DNA of 63,705 nt, counting the filler, from Octopus bimaculoides (lineage: Eukaryota), in NCBI RefSeq assembly GCF_001194135.2. It is 6 parts of 5 records of this genome, joined end to end, with 100 filler letters (N's around TTAATTAATTAA, not from the genome) between each part and the next. Parts side by side here need not be neighbours in the genome. Positions count along the whole stretch, not along the records: positions 21,844 to 36,303 come from NC_068987.1; positions 36,404 to 48,947 come from NC_068985.1; 4 more parts are not named here. One strand, written 5' to 3'. Below the pieces are notes generated by a model that saw nothing but the letters and a program-made list of their open reading frames with translations, did no database searches and was not told the DNA's origin. Position 1 is the stretch's first letter. The number at the start of each line of letters is the position of its first letter. The translations under genes were made by a program, and so were the position numbers. Below are positions 22,760-37,289 of the stretch, piece after piece.

Positions 22760-23820
22760 GTTGAATTTAATTGATTTCAATATATCGGTAGATCATCCAG
22801 ATTCAAGCAGTGAGAAAAAGCTCTTGGATATTCTTGAAATTGCTGTTCTCAATATGGAATAATTTTACTAGAAAAACAACGCTAAAATTATTTCAAATTT
22901 TGCAAGACAATTTGCAAATGGAACTCAATTTGACGAAGGCAACATCTCATTTTACAAAAGGTCACCATTTAATGTAAGCGTATAATATTTGGCTGAAGAA
23001 CTTCTACACTGATAGTCAATACACAGATGTCCGTAAACAAATCATTTACTACACAAAGTAATTTTAACTCCTGCAATCCAGTAAAGTTCATCATCTTTAA
23101 ATTATATAACGCAGCAATGTTTCCTTTGAGTCCACAAACCGCCGAGATTATGTTATTCCAGCTAGGTGGAATAAGGACAATGCACCGGCAGCAGCAAAGG
23201 TACTTTCTTACAGTTACCCATTTTACCCTTCATAAAGATATTCAGTATTCAATAACTAGCGATCCATTTCGTTAATACTCCAGTCGCTTATGCTTCTCTT
23301 AGAACATATCACAGATTGACCCATTTCAAATATTTCGACCAGCTAATTTTACACAGACTTGCAAAACGTCCATCGCAAAAACGTAACATATCAGATCATG
23401 ATCTGCATGTTTTGAACTTCCTCGCTTTTATTTATAGTCTATCCAACTTAATGTTAAGCATACCATATCCGTTAACATCATATATCTAAAGGACCGTAGA
23501 TATTTGAGTATACTGAACATACTTCCTCGATCATTCTTTAATATAACTATCAGTGTGGCCCTTACTACCTTGGCATATTCGCTGTCCATTATAAAGCCCC
23601 TATTTCTCAGTTAACTGGAACTTGTTATAAGGACATGTTCATCGTTCTCACTCCCCAAACCATAAATGACACAACACTTTTATGCAATACGGTATCAATT
23701 AGTATACAACCCAACACTTCGCATCTATCATATCCAGCAAATCCTGCAAATGAGTCAATCTCTTGTGTATTTTCGCTTCTACCAACCATTACAACATCTC
23801 CGTTCCTATTTTTATAAGGT
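22760..23820 (+). mobile_element. Highly decayed CR1/L2-like LINE
   Basis: DFNISVDHPDSSSEKKLLDILE resembles the APE GDFNIHVD motif. KYFDQLILHRL and INDTTLL resemble RT motifs. Many stops and frameshifts. Confidence 0.35.
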
Positions 23821-24440
23821 CAACTTTTTCCTGAAACAATATCCGGAATCACAATTTTCCCCTTTCATCAACTTTATTGCAAATATAATCCGTACACATC
23901 GTCCCTTGGTTCGACTGTGTCATCAAAATCATTATTTGTCCACAAAATTCAAACACAGCGAGTTTTGATACATTAGTCAGGGAGACAAATAGAGCATTTA
24001 AAAGCGTTTCCGATCTTATAACAGCACTCTAAACCGTAGTTTAGCACCACCCTTTACTTTAGTCACTCAGATGTGCATTAGCCATAGTAGTATTGTCCTA
24101 CACCATAGGGTTCCATGCTTTTGTTTCTACATTGAATAACAAATCATTATGACACTAAGCAGAGCCGGCTCAGTTAGAATGCATAACAGCTTTGCTTTCC
24201 GCGTGTGCCAATAATTTCGTCTAAATTGTCCCACTCATATGCATTTCAATGTTTCATCTGCAAACATCTATCTACACACAAACATTCAAAAAGAGGATTG
24301 TGCTTTATATATATATATATGTATATGTGTGTTTGTGTGTGCGTGTGTGCATTACATGTACATATCTACATATATATCTATATTATGTATATATACTTAA
24401 TCAAATATACTATGCATATGTAAATGCATATTATACGTAG

Positions 24441-24472
<32 letters not shown>

Positions 24473-26514
24473 NNNNNNNNNNNNNNNNNNNNNNNNNNNN
24501 NNNNNNNNTGAGAAGATAAATCATATACCGTGGTTGCTGTTATTGTCGTTCTGTATTAGGATGTGGCATTTATATCCTGTAAATTCTCTATTTTATTATT
24601 TCAATTGAAAACATGTGAGGTCTTCAGTAACGTCTCGTCACCGAGTGCTCAGTTAATAACTAATAATATCAACACCAGAAACAGAAAGACAGAAAATTTG
24701 AATAGAATTGTTACGAGAATGTACAAACATTTCAGTGCGTACGCGAAAGATATTTTATTCCTTCTAGAATAATCGTCATAAAAGTTGATGTTTATTTCTT
24801 TCTTCATTTGTATTCTGTTTTCCGATTTCGTGGATGGCATTTTTTTTTTTTTTTTTCATATTTCATTGTGAAAGATATTGGAGTGGTTATAGAATAGAAG
24901 AATGTATGAAAATAACAGAAAACAATTTCTGCATAATTCTAATTTTATATTATTATTCATAGCACAATAGGAAAACGGAATATCTGGTGGTGATAGAAAT
25001 ACGAAGCAATTACCGAAATGCATAAAGTATTATTCCTTTAGAAAATGGCTAAGTCAGAAGTTGGCATAGTGTTTAGATCAATAAAGAAGGAAATAAAGAC
25101 AGTTGGAAAAGTCAGACATGGGGAAAATGCGAATTTTGTCACTTAAAAAAATATCAAATACAAGTCAGTGGTTTGTTGTCTTTATTCCGTTAACTTTTAC
25201 GATTTTATAAGCAAATACAATATTTAAGTATAATTCTAGCAAATTTAAGGGGAGAAGTTTATTCGACTACGGCGTCTTGGCCTAAGTAACTGATTGGTAC
25301 AATATTCTATCAGCCCCAGAAAAGTTAAAATGATATCTGACTTCAGTAAGGACTATACTCAGGATATGAGGGTCAAAAACGAAAAGCGGAAAGCATATCT
25401 CTGACTGTCTAAAATGTCTGTCCCCACCGTCAGAGATTCTCATTTTCTGGTACAAATAATTATATTTATTTAATTACAAATACAAAATAGAGGCCTTGTT
25501 GAAGATTTTGTGTTCTGTCTATTGTCTGATTTTCGTGAGAGAGTATTTCTAAATTCTCTGCATAGACTAAAGGTGAAACTATGTATACTCCGAGTATTTT
25601 AACAGAATAATATTTTAAGAGTTCGTTTATATGGTTTAGTCGAACTTTGACTTCTTAATACGATAAATACACAAAAGTGTGTGCCTCTGTGTGTGTGTGA
25701 GTTTGTTTGTGTGTATTTGTGTGTGTGTGAGTTTGTGTGTGCGCGTGTGTATGTATGCATTCATACACACATGCACTGTTAAATTTTTTATTGACTCTCA
25801 ATCAAAATAATTTCAAACATTCAAACATTTTGATACGAAGATAACTGGTATGTGACACTTCAGTTTTTAGTTCTAAATATAATGTTGAGAAACGGTAAAT
25901 AGACAAACGGATAGCTTCCCAGTTAGTTAACTAAATAGATGCATAGATAGATCGATAGATTGGTAGATAGCTAGTGAGGTGGAGAACTTGAGCATACAAA
26001 GTATAACGCATGCGCTTGGAAATCTATGCTGTTTCTCGCCGCGCAACAGAAACCCAAAGCTCTTCTTTATGCAGTACACATTTAAACAGAAGCAAGTATT
26101 TGAACCGTATATCGCTTATGCATGTGGGATATAAAAAATGGCAATCACAATGATATTAATCTTAGAAAAGAGAAATAATCCATTTTCCTTTAAGTGAACA
26201 TTTAAAAATATAAAGTGACTCCATTAATATTAGTGATGAATGGATAACAAATTTCGAATATCAAATGAAAGGAGAATAGCCATCACAAAAACACAGATAT
26301 CAAGGCCGAAAGTGGAGTATAGAAAAGTGATAAAACAGAGAATTTACATATCCTGTGTTATCTACACCTTCCAAATTCCTGATGCTCTCCATTGTTTTTA
26401 TATCATGTACGTGTGTACGTGTATGTTTGTGTGTGTGTGCGTATGTAAGCATGTATGTGCGATGTGTTGGGGGTATCGTGTGCTGTGTTTGTATGAATAT
26501 GTATATATGTATAA

Positions 26515-26990
26515 ATTCGTTTCTACTCTAGGCACAAGGACCGAAATCTGGGAGGAGGGGGCCAGTCGATGAGATCGACCCCAGTACGCAACTGGTACTT
26601 AATTTATCGACCCCGAAAGGATGAAACTCAAAGTCGACCGCGGCGGAATTTGAATTCAGAACGTAACGACAGACGAAATACCGCTAAGCATTTCGCCCGG
26701 CGTGCTAACTTTTCTTATTTCTTTACTGCCCACAAGGTGCTAAATATAGAGGGGACAAACAAGAAGAGAGAAAAGGATTAAGTCGATTATATAGACTTCA
26801 GTGCGTAACTGCTTCTTATTTAATCGACCCCGAAATGATGAAATGCAAAGTCGACCTCGGCGGAATTTGAACTCAGAATGTAGCGGCTGACGAAATAACG
26901 CTAAGCATCTTGCTCTTAAGAAAGAGAGAGTAAGAAAATACTTCTGAGCATTTCGCATGGCGTGCTCACGATTCTGCCACCACGTCGCCT
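26515..26990 (-). mobile_element. Two nested/tandem copies of the tRNA-derived SINE
   Basis: Two GTCGACC.CGGCGGAATTTGAA.TCAGAA cores. Confidence 0.85.
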
Positions 26991-26999
26991 TGGAAAATT

Positions 27000-27331
27000 A
27001 TAAAATTACATTATTTACATTATTTACATTCGATGTATATTTGTCCCCATATTGTTTGTTGTTAACACAACGTTTCGGCTGATATACCCTCCATATGAAA
27101 ATACGAAAACTAAAAGAAGCAGCAAATATGCTAGGACACAGCAACCTCCTAAGCAGACCGCGTGCAGATATAAGTAGCATATGGGAACCGGTATTAAGGA
27201 AGGATAGAAAAATATTAGAATTATAAGTCCTAAAATTCACTCCATAATTGCTCACGGGCATATGGCATAGTGCTTCAGAGCTATTAACCCCAATATTCCG
27301 AGTACGATTCCAAGCAGTCACCTGAACAATA

Positions 27332-27371
<40 letters not shown>

Positions 27372-27560
27372 TAATAATAATAATAACATCGATGAATACC
27401 TTAGAAATGAGAACCCATGCTCGAAATGACCCCGAAACACCCGAAGAAAACTGGAGGGTACATCAGCCGAAACGTTGGGTTAACAACAAACAAGATGAGG
27501 AACCATATCCGTCGAATGTAAATTGTGTACATAATTCCTCATCTCCTAAATGTAGAACTG
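27000..27560 (+). mobile_element. Penelope-like element 3' end: inverted truncated pLTR, GIY-YIG C-terminus, pLTR
   Basis: KIRKLKEAANMLGHSNLLSRPRADISSIWEPVL resembles the PLE endonuclease end. GGAGGGTAYATCAGCCGAAACGTTG.GTTAACAACAAACA is present in both orientations (about 27050-27092 minus, 27453-27492 plus). Confidence 0.75.
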
Positions 27561-27579
27561 AATTATAAAATTGTTTTCA

Positions 27580-28330
27580 AATCTTGGCACAAGGCAGCAC
27601 TTTAGCTGGAAGCGGGCAAGTCAATTATATTGACCCCAGTGTACCTGAGTTTTGTATCTTTTATCGGCCCCGAACGGATGGGAGTCAAAGACGTCTGCAG
27701 CAGAATTTGAACACCAAACGTGAAGATAGATGAAATGCTACTACGCATTTCGTCCGCGTGCTCATGATTTTGATAGCTACCGCTTTGGACAGTTGTAATA
27801 TGAATACTTTTCGCGTTATTTCGTCTGTCTGTACGTTCTGAGTTCAAATCCCGTCGAGGTCGACTTTGCGTTTCATCCCTTTGGTGTCGATGAAATACGT
27901 ACTAGTGAAAGACTCGGATCGAAGCAATCGATTATCCCCCTTACCCAAAACTTTTCAAGGTCTTGTTCTTAGAGTGGAAATAGTCTTCATTCCACAAAGG
28001 TCGACTATGCCTTTCATTCTTACGAGATCGATAAATTAAGTAGCAGCTGCATACTGGTTCGATCTAATCGACTGGCACCCAGCCTGAAAAATCTTTGGCC
28101 TTGTTCCCAAATAGGTAGGAATATTAATACTTTTAGAGGTGGTCAACTGACAAAATCTACACTGTGAGCTACAAATTACTTAGCGGCATTTCTAAGTTGA
28201 AATTCGGCCGATGTTGAATTTGCCCTTCACTTTTTGAGACCAACAATATAAGTACCAGTTGAGCGCGTGGGTCAAGTATTTGACTAGTACCTTGCACAAA
28301 ATTTCAGGCCGTGCGCCTCTAGCACAAAGA
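27580..28330. mobile_element. Cluster of diverged tRNA-derived SINE copies in both orientations
   Basis: Repeated GTCGACTTTGC.TTTCATCC and AAGTACCAG segments. Confidence 0.75.
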
Positions 28331-28481
28331 AACATAACCTCTTTCAAAATCGAAATTTTAAAAAAGCGGGTCATTCTCTGAGCTACTTTCTTTTCGCTTC
28401 CAGTCTTCCCCATTACCCTCCCTGTTGATATTTCTACCTTCACTCTATCTCATTCTCTGAATTCTCACTCTATCACTATCT

Positions 28482-28512
<31 letters not shown>

Positions 28513-31489
28513 NNNNNNNNNNNNNNNNNNNNNNNNNNNNNNNNNNNNNNNNNNNNNNNNNNNNNNNNNNNNNNNNNNNNNNNNNNNNNNNNNNNATATA
28601 TCTTCTCTCACTCACTCAGTCTACTCATTCTCACTATGCTGCTCATTAAGTTGATTTCCTTCTCTCTCCACTCTTATCACTCTCTCTATATCTCTCTGAC
28701 ACTCGTCATATCAGTGTTATCATAGCATGTTCCCTTCTCCAATGCATCTTAAATTCAATATGTGCAAAAATTCATCACCTCGCACACATTACAGAAGCAT
28801 TGATTAGCTAATATCGGGATTATTTTGGTATAGTTAGTGTGGCATTCTCTGTTTCCAGTATCGTAGTACCACCACCATATTGTGACAGATGGTTTAGATA
28901 CACTCTACAAGTGCAGTAACAGTAAACAAGACAACGGCGCAGCCATAATAACAGCATAGCCATCCTATAATCTCTTCACGAACAATCAATATTCCAATCG
29001 AACTAACCAAGCGACACGTTCCGACTTCACTGCAAACTCAACTTGAACTAACACAAAAACATCACTTCCACCGGTACAATTTTTAATCGCCCTGTCCACT
29101 CTATTTCTCGCAAGGGGACGTCGCGACTCTCATCATAAGTTAGATATATATTAATAAAATAATTCAATGCAGTAGCTATAAGTTTAGCCTGAACAAAACT
29201 CAACTTATTATACTAAGAATACGCAACTTTAAAAAATGACGTGTCAAATCATAAGTTACATTACACAATTTTCCATCAATCTTGAAATTACTTCCAATAG
29301 TTACCGACATTAGTAGACAAATAAAGGTAGCGAACTGACAGATTCTTTCCCGCATCGGACACAATGTTTAGTTGCATTTCGTGTTTCTTCACGTTCTCAG
29401 TTCACATTCTGTTGAGGTCGGCCTTGATATTCAACCTTTCGGGTTCGATAAAATAAGCACCAGTTGAAAAATATGGTCGATGTAATCGACTTAACAACCC
29501 GCCTCAAAATTACTGGTCTCGTGCCAAAATTTGAAATCAGTTTTAGTAGACGGATAAAGTCGGTGAACTGGATGAATCGTTACCACGTCGAGCAAAATAC
29601 TTTACGGCATTTCTTCCGTTTTAGCGTTCTGATTTCAAATACTAACGAGCTTGACTTAGATTTTCCTTGTTTCATGGTCGATTAAGCAACATGTGCAACG
29701 AAAAGAAGAAAAAATATAACATTAGATATATTCACATATATTCACATGCACGATGTGCAAGTTTTAACACAACTTTTTCCTACATACATACATACATATA
29801 TGACGGATACAAATTCGTGTTGGAGTATTGCCTCTCCTAGACAGAAGTTGTAGCAACAACGGAGGGGCTTCCAACTACCATTGTGCCAACCACTAACTCA
29901 GGAAACTAGCCCAAGTATTTTCACGTCCCCATGCATACATACTTTCATACGTTCACATATGCACATATTATCGGAACTCATGAACTATTCTGCCTTTGAC
30001 AGGTCTTATTTTCCCTTCTAGAGGGCATCCAACATTCATTCTCCTCACTAAGAAAGCTTGGTGGGGTTTCAAGTTTAGTCGCCGACGGCCTGACCATGGG
30101 AAAGTATGTACTGGGTTGGGTTACATGTTACCAGTTGCGCCCAAGATCGACCTGATATACATACATACATACCAACATACATGCACATTATATATATATG
30201 TGTGTGTGTGTGTGTGCGTGTGTGTGTGACCGTGTCTCTGCGTGTGCATGAATATTTATATATATANNNNNNNNNNNNNNNNNNNNNNNNNNNNNNNNNN
30301 NNNNNNNNNNNNNNNNNNNNNNNNNNNNNNNNNNNNNNNNNNNNNNNNNNNNNNNNNNNNNNNNNNNNNNNNNNNNNNNNNNNNNNNNNNNNNNNNNNNN
30401 NCACAACTGTTCCTTTGTGCTTGGTTCTAAATAAAAAAATATACATATACGTACGTATATATACACACATATATGTATACACACACACACACATACATAC
30501 ACACACACATATATTTATGCTTTAAACACATGATGCTTTATTTTACTGGAAAACAATACTCCTGTATTGCACTATTTTGATTTCTTTCTTTAAAGACGTG
30601 TTCACTGTTATCGCTTCTGTTGGCAGCTAGGCGTTCAAGCCACTACACTGGCATTGACGTGGCAACATTTGAAATTTTGTTTTGGAAAATCTAGCTGAAG
30701 GTAACTAATCAAATTTACGTTAACAAAGGTATCTCGAAGAGTTTGAAACCTAGGCACTAGATAATCCACATATCAGTTGGACATTTATCTGATGCTTTTC
30801 CTACACGATAGCATTTCTTATGTTCACTGTCCGCACACATATTTGCAAATATACACAGTGAAACTATTATCGCGTCGTATAATATCGACTGTTATTTCCA
30901 GTAAATTCTGCTGTATTGTTGTATCTCCAGCCTATATTTATATTTATGCTTTAACCGCATGGTGCTTTATTTCACGAGAAAATCATACTCTTGTATTGCA
31001 GTATGTTAAATCTTTTCTTTTAAAACTTTTTCACAGTTCTCCCTCCAGTTAGCGGCTAGGCGTACAACCGATAATACTGGCATTGATGTGGCAACAATTG
31101 AAATTTTGTTCTTGTGAAAGTTTGAAACTTAGGTCCTAGTTTATTCACTTCTGGATTTTATTTTGGCAGATGCTAAAATTTTCTTTGTCATGTATGGACG
31201 TCTACTTGAGGAAACAACAGAAGGCTCCCCGCCAAAACATAGTTTCATTTTGCTTGACCTTTATTTTTAAAGTGTACACGTTTTTTTTTGTCTACATGTT
31301 AAATAAATACATTATATCAGAATATGCTTTATTTTTTTGGTAATATTATTTCCTTAGGAACGTATATAAAGTAATATAAAGTATTAAACTAGCTAAAACT
31401 ATGAGTGGGGGTTGTCCATTCCGCGCCGCACTAACCGTGAAAAGTACAGACCCGCACAACCGGAGGGTTAAAAGATAAGATATAAAAGA

Positions 31490-31910
31490 GATATAAAAGA
31501 GATATAAAAGAGATATATGTGTGTGTAGGCGCGTGTTTCTGATTTTGTGTGCGCGTATTTCTGTGGGTCTGTGCATGTATGCATGTAGGTATGTATGTAT
31601 GTATGTATGTATATATGTATGTATATATATGTATGTATGTATGTATGTATGCATGCAGGCATGCATGTATGTATGTATGTATGTATATATGTATGTATGT
31701 ATATATGTGTGTATGTATGAATGTATGTATGTATATATGTGTGTATATATGTATGAATGTATGTATATATGTATGTATATATATGTAAGTATGTATGTAT
31801 GTATGCATGCAGGCATGCATGTATGTATGTATGTATGTATGTATGTATGTGTATATGTATGTATGTATGAATGTATGTATGTATATATGTGTGTATGTAG
31901 GCGTTTGTAG
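31490..31910. repeat. Compound (TATG)n microsatellite with a higher-order duplication of about 155 bp
   Basis: GCATGCAGGCATGCATG occurs at about 31651 and 31805. It produces the spurious YIHT/VCMY ORFs. Confidence 0.9.
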
Positions 31911-33473
31911 ACATACAGGAAGATATATACACATATATACATAAGAGTATATTGCACTCCCACGTTCTAGTGTATCATAATTATGTGTCAGCAGATGGAA
32001 AATAACTAAATGAAAGTGTAAAGTAATACTTCCTGATGAATTAATTCTGTATTCTTATTATTCATAATTAAGCTTACTTCTTACATTATCATCAGCTCAT
32101 CTTCCTACGCACCTCTCGGGAGAGCACGTTGCCTACTTAGGAGAATTACTACACATAAATCTCATTTGGATGCTCTGCAACAGATAAAAGAAAATAAATG
32201 AATTCAAATATTCTGAGGTTAGTAGAACATTACAGTGTTAGATTCCCCCATTCCCTTGCTAACAGGTATGTGTTCACACACGTGTACACAAAGAGACACG
32301 GCAACAAATATGTATAATGAGACACAGCATAATTAATACATCTTGCAGAGTATGTTTTATCCATACGTAGAGGGTGAGTTTTCCGTTACCGCTGCTACTG
32401 AAACCGGAGAAAGCGCATCCCGCAACAATTTCATTTATCAGTTTTATACGTATACAGTCACACAGATAGAACTTCACCATCAGTTTGTTGTTCCAAGAGA
32501 CAGAACTGAATACACAGGTTTCTTTGGTTTCCAGAAGGCTGTTACACTGACCTCATGTGTACCGAAGAAAGAGAAAATATCCTACTGAACACAACGCATC
32601 ATGATGCTGCAATTGATAAAAGTACAAAAGAAAGAAGACACCAGAGAGTATTACATTCTACAACTGTACTACAATGTTTCCAGAAATACTTGACGTTGGC
32701 CAATTACAGTTTTCTACACCATACACACTTTCATATGTGTGTATTTATGTATGTATGTATGTATGTATGAATGTATGCATGTAAGTGTGTATATGTGTTT
32801 GTGTGAGCGCGCTCGTGAGTGTATAATGACGACCTGGTTCATAACAAATAGTAAAGTGTACCACCGTTTACTCGGGAAAATTGGACAATAAAAGGAAAGT
32901 CCTTTTACGTTTTAAGCAAACGTTTTGAGAAACAGAGACAAAGATGGCGGACTTAAACAGGTGATTGAAACACAATGTATGTATCTAAGTATCTATGTAT
33001 GTATGTAAGTATGTATGCGTGTATCTATGTATATATACATGTATATACACTTGTATGTGTCCACCGCATACAATATTTAAATGAGAATAACTTTAGATTT
33101 CTAAATCCTACATTGATATTCATTTGCTCACAATATAAGAAACATGAGTTTGACAAATATGCATGTCTTCTGTGAAAAGAGAAAATATGATCCCTATCAA
33201 ACATATATTTGTATATTGACTTATCTTTTGGTAACCTAACTATACCTTTTTACCATATTATTTAATCAGTCATTAGAGTGCGACGATACTTAGCGTGCTG
33301 AAGGGTTTAGTAGAACCAATCGTCCCCACTACTTATTTATTTTTAAACCTTTTCCTTATTCTAATAGTCACTTTGCCGAAAAGCTGAGATACCAGCATGT
33401 GTACGAACTACCGTCGATTTTCCAGCGGTTGTAGTGGACAAACACAAACAGAAAGTCAAACATACGTTGGAGT

Positions 33474-33504
<31 letters not shown>

Positions 33505-34075
33505 TACACACACACACACATACCCACACACGCCCGCACGCACCCACACACACGCACACACACGCACACACACACACACACACTTACATATAAGCGATGT
33601 TTATCGCCACTTCAGCACGGCTGTTCCATAGGAACCGATGTGACTGCTACTTTTAACCCAAGGAGTACGACTCCTTCAGATTGTTATTGAATGTAATCTC
33701 CACCCGATATTTATAGCAAGAAGAGAATGAAGACCTTCCATCTTCTAGCCACGTATGGTTTCGAGAGATTTGTGGTCATCTTTGGTGGTCGATACTCGTA
33801 TGCTTGAGATAGCAGTAGTTCACTCAAGATATCAAGTCACACACGATCTCTGATCTTGCAACAATCAAATTATATAGTTAGAAAATCCCTATAAAAGATG
33901 AAAGTTGCTATTTTTAAAGCCATGCGAACGCCTCCGGCAGCTGAGTGACCGTCTACTCAGCTATTAGAATGACCGCTAAGTGAGTGGAGGGAGTAAAGGT
34001 AAGGGGGTAAAAATGTCCATAGTATTCGCGTAAGCGCACCAGTACTACTTTTCTATCAACACACACACACACATA

Positions 34076-34125
<50 letters not shown>

Positions 34126-34935
34126 GTAACGGACACTTTATCTGAGATCGAGTGGTGAGGCAAAAAAATGCAGTGTGGGAGGTGTTTATAAGCCGATTAA
34201 AAACAAACAAAAACATGTACATGTAAGTTGCCAAAATGTTCCAGTCGCTTTGAAATAGTGATATGGTCACCGACAACATTACATGCTGCATCTGCGAAAG
34301 TAACATTTAGTGTATGGTATGTATGTCTCTATGTATGTATGTATGTTTGTATGTATGCTTGTATGTATGTACAGATGTCACAAAAGGTAAACAACATGAA
34401 ATACGAAAATAACTTTGGGTACGCAAAAGCGTGCGATATAAATGGAAAGCAAGAAAAGTAACATAAAAGATTACCCGTTGTCAGTTGTCGGCTGTCCTTC
34501 TACTCCCTATTTCGAACAGTGAACGACAAGATACGACATTGCAGGCAGTTACTCCCCCGAACCAAATTAAAATGTTGGATTTGCGGAGGGTCAAAGTTGG
34601 TTACAAAACAGGACATACAACAAACCAAAAGAAACGAATACAGACAGGGGGAAGTAAGCGTTAGGCTCAGACGAGTTATGGTAGCGAACGATGGAAGAAG
34701 ATTCTTTGATAAGAGAAAAGATAAGAGAGGAGAGGAGACAGATAGGGATGCATCTGGACTGCACAACAGATTGGAGGAAAAGAAAGATGATCACGTGAGG
34801 AAAGGAAAGATGGACGATGGTCACGTACGAGCAAAGAGAGAGTAAAGGGGGAAGAAGGAGAGGGAGACAAACAGATAGTAAACGGTGAAGGGGAGAAAAA
34901 TGAAGCAGAGAAAGAATAAGAGAGAAAAGCAAAAT

Positions 34936-34984
<49 letters not shown>

Positions 34985-35213
34985 AANNNNNNNNNNNNNN
35001 NNNNNNNNNNNNNNNNNNNNNNNNNNNNNNNNNNNNNNNNNNNNNNNNNNNNNNNNNNNNNNNNNNNNNNNNNNNNNNNNNNNNNNNNNNNNNNNNNNNN
35101 NNNNNNNNNNNNNNNNNNNNNNNNNNNNNNNNNNNNNNNNNNNNNNNNNNNNNNNNNNNNNNNNNNNNNNNNNNNNNNNNNNNNNNNNNNNNNNNNNNNN
35201 NNNNNNNNNNNNN

Positions 35214-35255
<42 letters not shown>

Positions 35256-36526
35256 AACAGTAAAGGAAATAGTCACATCAACTATATTGAGATAAAACTT
35301 ACTTGGAAATGGATGCATTGCGCTCAATTAAATCATAGTATGAATAATATATATATATATATGCATATATACACACATATGTACATACATACATATGTAT
35401 GTATATAGGCATGAATATATGGGTACAGAACGTCACAAAACCTGAACAACATGATCTATATGTCTATGTATATATGCGCGTAAATTTTTATGTATGCATA
35501 TATTGATGGCTTGTAGTGATGAACTTCAGTATAATATATATTATGCAAAAGGTGATAGCCAGAATTTCTATAAAATCATTCATTCCGTCTCTTTTCGGGA
35601 TTACTCATGAAATATATCTCATAGAAAATTCACATCGCTTACATATATGTGAGTCGAAAAGCATTTATTGTTGAATTTGTTTTCTTGAGATTTGAAAACA
35701 GATTTTTGAAGTGCGATTAGTTGACATGGTCGTTATCATTTTGTATCTATGTGCATATGTGCGTCTCTATATATGTGTGTCTAAGTATATGCGTTTTCTG
35801 AGGTTTTGATCAAAGAAAGAGAAAGAAAGGAAGAAAGAAAATAAAATGTCAAAGAAAATCATATACCGTTTATCAATACACATTATCCGAAACTGACCAA
35901 CTAAAAAAAACAAAGCAACAATAAGTTTTACAAAGACACTAGACGAAATACTGATTGGTGAAAATCTCAAAATGAATACTAAACGTAAAACAAAGCATCA
36001 ATCCCAAAAATTGCACGAGAGCAAAATTTGCATCAAAGGATAATTCAGAAATCTCCATGAACCGCAGATGCGGAATATGTAGTAACAACAAAAAATTCAA
36101 TATCTGAAAACTAGTTCCGGCGTGCAAGAATCCAGAGACAACATTTTAGATAAAGATAATTACGTTAAATTCGACTGAGCAAACATCTGAAAATATGCGT
36201 AAACATCAGATTCAAGACCTTTCCTTTCTACACAGACATATATATGTACACGCGTACAGATATATACATACAAGTATATGTATATACATATATAAATATA
36301 TATNNNNNNNNNNNNNNNNNNNNNNNNNNNNNNNNNNNNNNNNNNNNTTAATTAATTAANNNNNNNNNNNNNNNNNNNNNNNNNNNNNNNNNNNNNNNNN
36401 NNNTAAAGTTAGTCAGACCTAAAGCTTCTAAAGCTTCTAAAATTAGAAAAAGGACGCAAGCAAGCTCATTTTTATCTCTTGATAATTAAAATAAGTTCAT
36501 TGATTGATGTTTGGACAGACTATTTT

Positions 36527-36716
36527 CTTTTCTTTTCTACTCTAGGCACAAGGCCCGAAATTTGGGGGGAGGGGACCAGTCGATTAGATCGGCCCCAGTG
36601 CGCAACTAGTACTTAATTTATCGACCTCGAAAGGATGAAAGGCAAAGTCGACCTCAGCGGAATTTGAACTCAGAACGTAAAGACAGACGAAATACCGCTA
36701 AGCATCTCGCCCGGCG
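36527..36716 (-). mobile_element. 5'-truncated tRNA-derived SINE with 19-bp TSD
   Basis: TGTTTGGACAGACTATTTT at 36508-36526 and 36717-36735. Confidence 0.9.
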
Positions 36717-37162
36717 TGTTTGGACAGACTATTTTAACGGAACGTCGGCATGCAAACTATTACTGTATAATTAATTGTGTATACAACTTCTAATTCGTCC
36801 CACATAGAATAAACTTATCTTATGCTTATCTTAACAATGTTACTAGACAATAAGAAGTGAAAGACTTTAATTTTGTTGACTAATAAAACTGCAGCGATGA
36901 TGTAACGAAGTTAATGCTTGATATTCTAAAAAACTATGATACTCTAGCCTCTATCTGTCGTTGTGGAATCTATAATAACGGAAGTAATATGTTTATCTGG
37001 TTGTTATAAAAGTTGTCAAGCAATTTAAGTCCTTCCAGTCAACTGGGTGTGTTTTTCTCTTTGTACATGCTACAGTGTCAACTTAGGTGGAGCTAAAAAC
37101 CACCGAATGTTGTTATAAAGTAAACTGTTTCCTTTGGTTCCATTCAGTATCTCTGCAATATA

Positions 37163-37201
37163 TGCAGCAGCAGCAGCAGCAGTAGCAGTAGTAGTAGTAG
37201 T

Positions 37202-37288
<87 letters not shown>
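37163..37288. repeat. Alternating (CAG)n/(TAG)n microsatellite
   Basis: Direct reading. Confidence 0.95.

Positions 37289-37289
<1 letters not shown>

Noticed and set aside
24529-24577. Candidate upstream exon for the PAN gene (GYKCHILIQNDNNSNH, phase-1 donor G|gtatat)
   Set aside because: The acceptor has no polypyrimidine tract, there is no in-frame ATG, and stops lie just upstream.
28845-28990. Short minus-strand ORF MAMLLLWLRRCLVYCYCTC... as a possible signal-peptide exon of the PAN gene
   Set aside because: No convincing phase-1 donor, and the ORF ends after 47 codons.
29996-35330. Long ORFs such as YIHT, VCMY, CVCV, THTH, RERE and X-rich ORFs (also 5250-5628, 54028-55019, 61580-63262)
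   Set aside because: Translations of di-, tri- and tetranucleotide microsatellites or N gaps.
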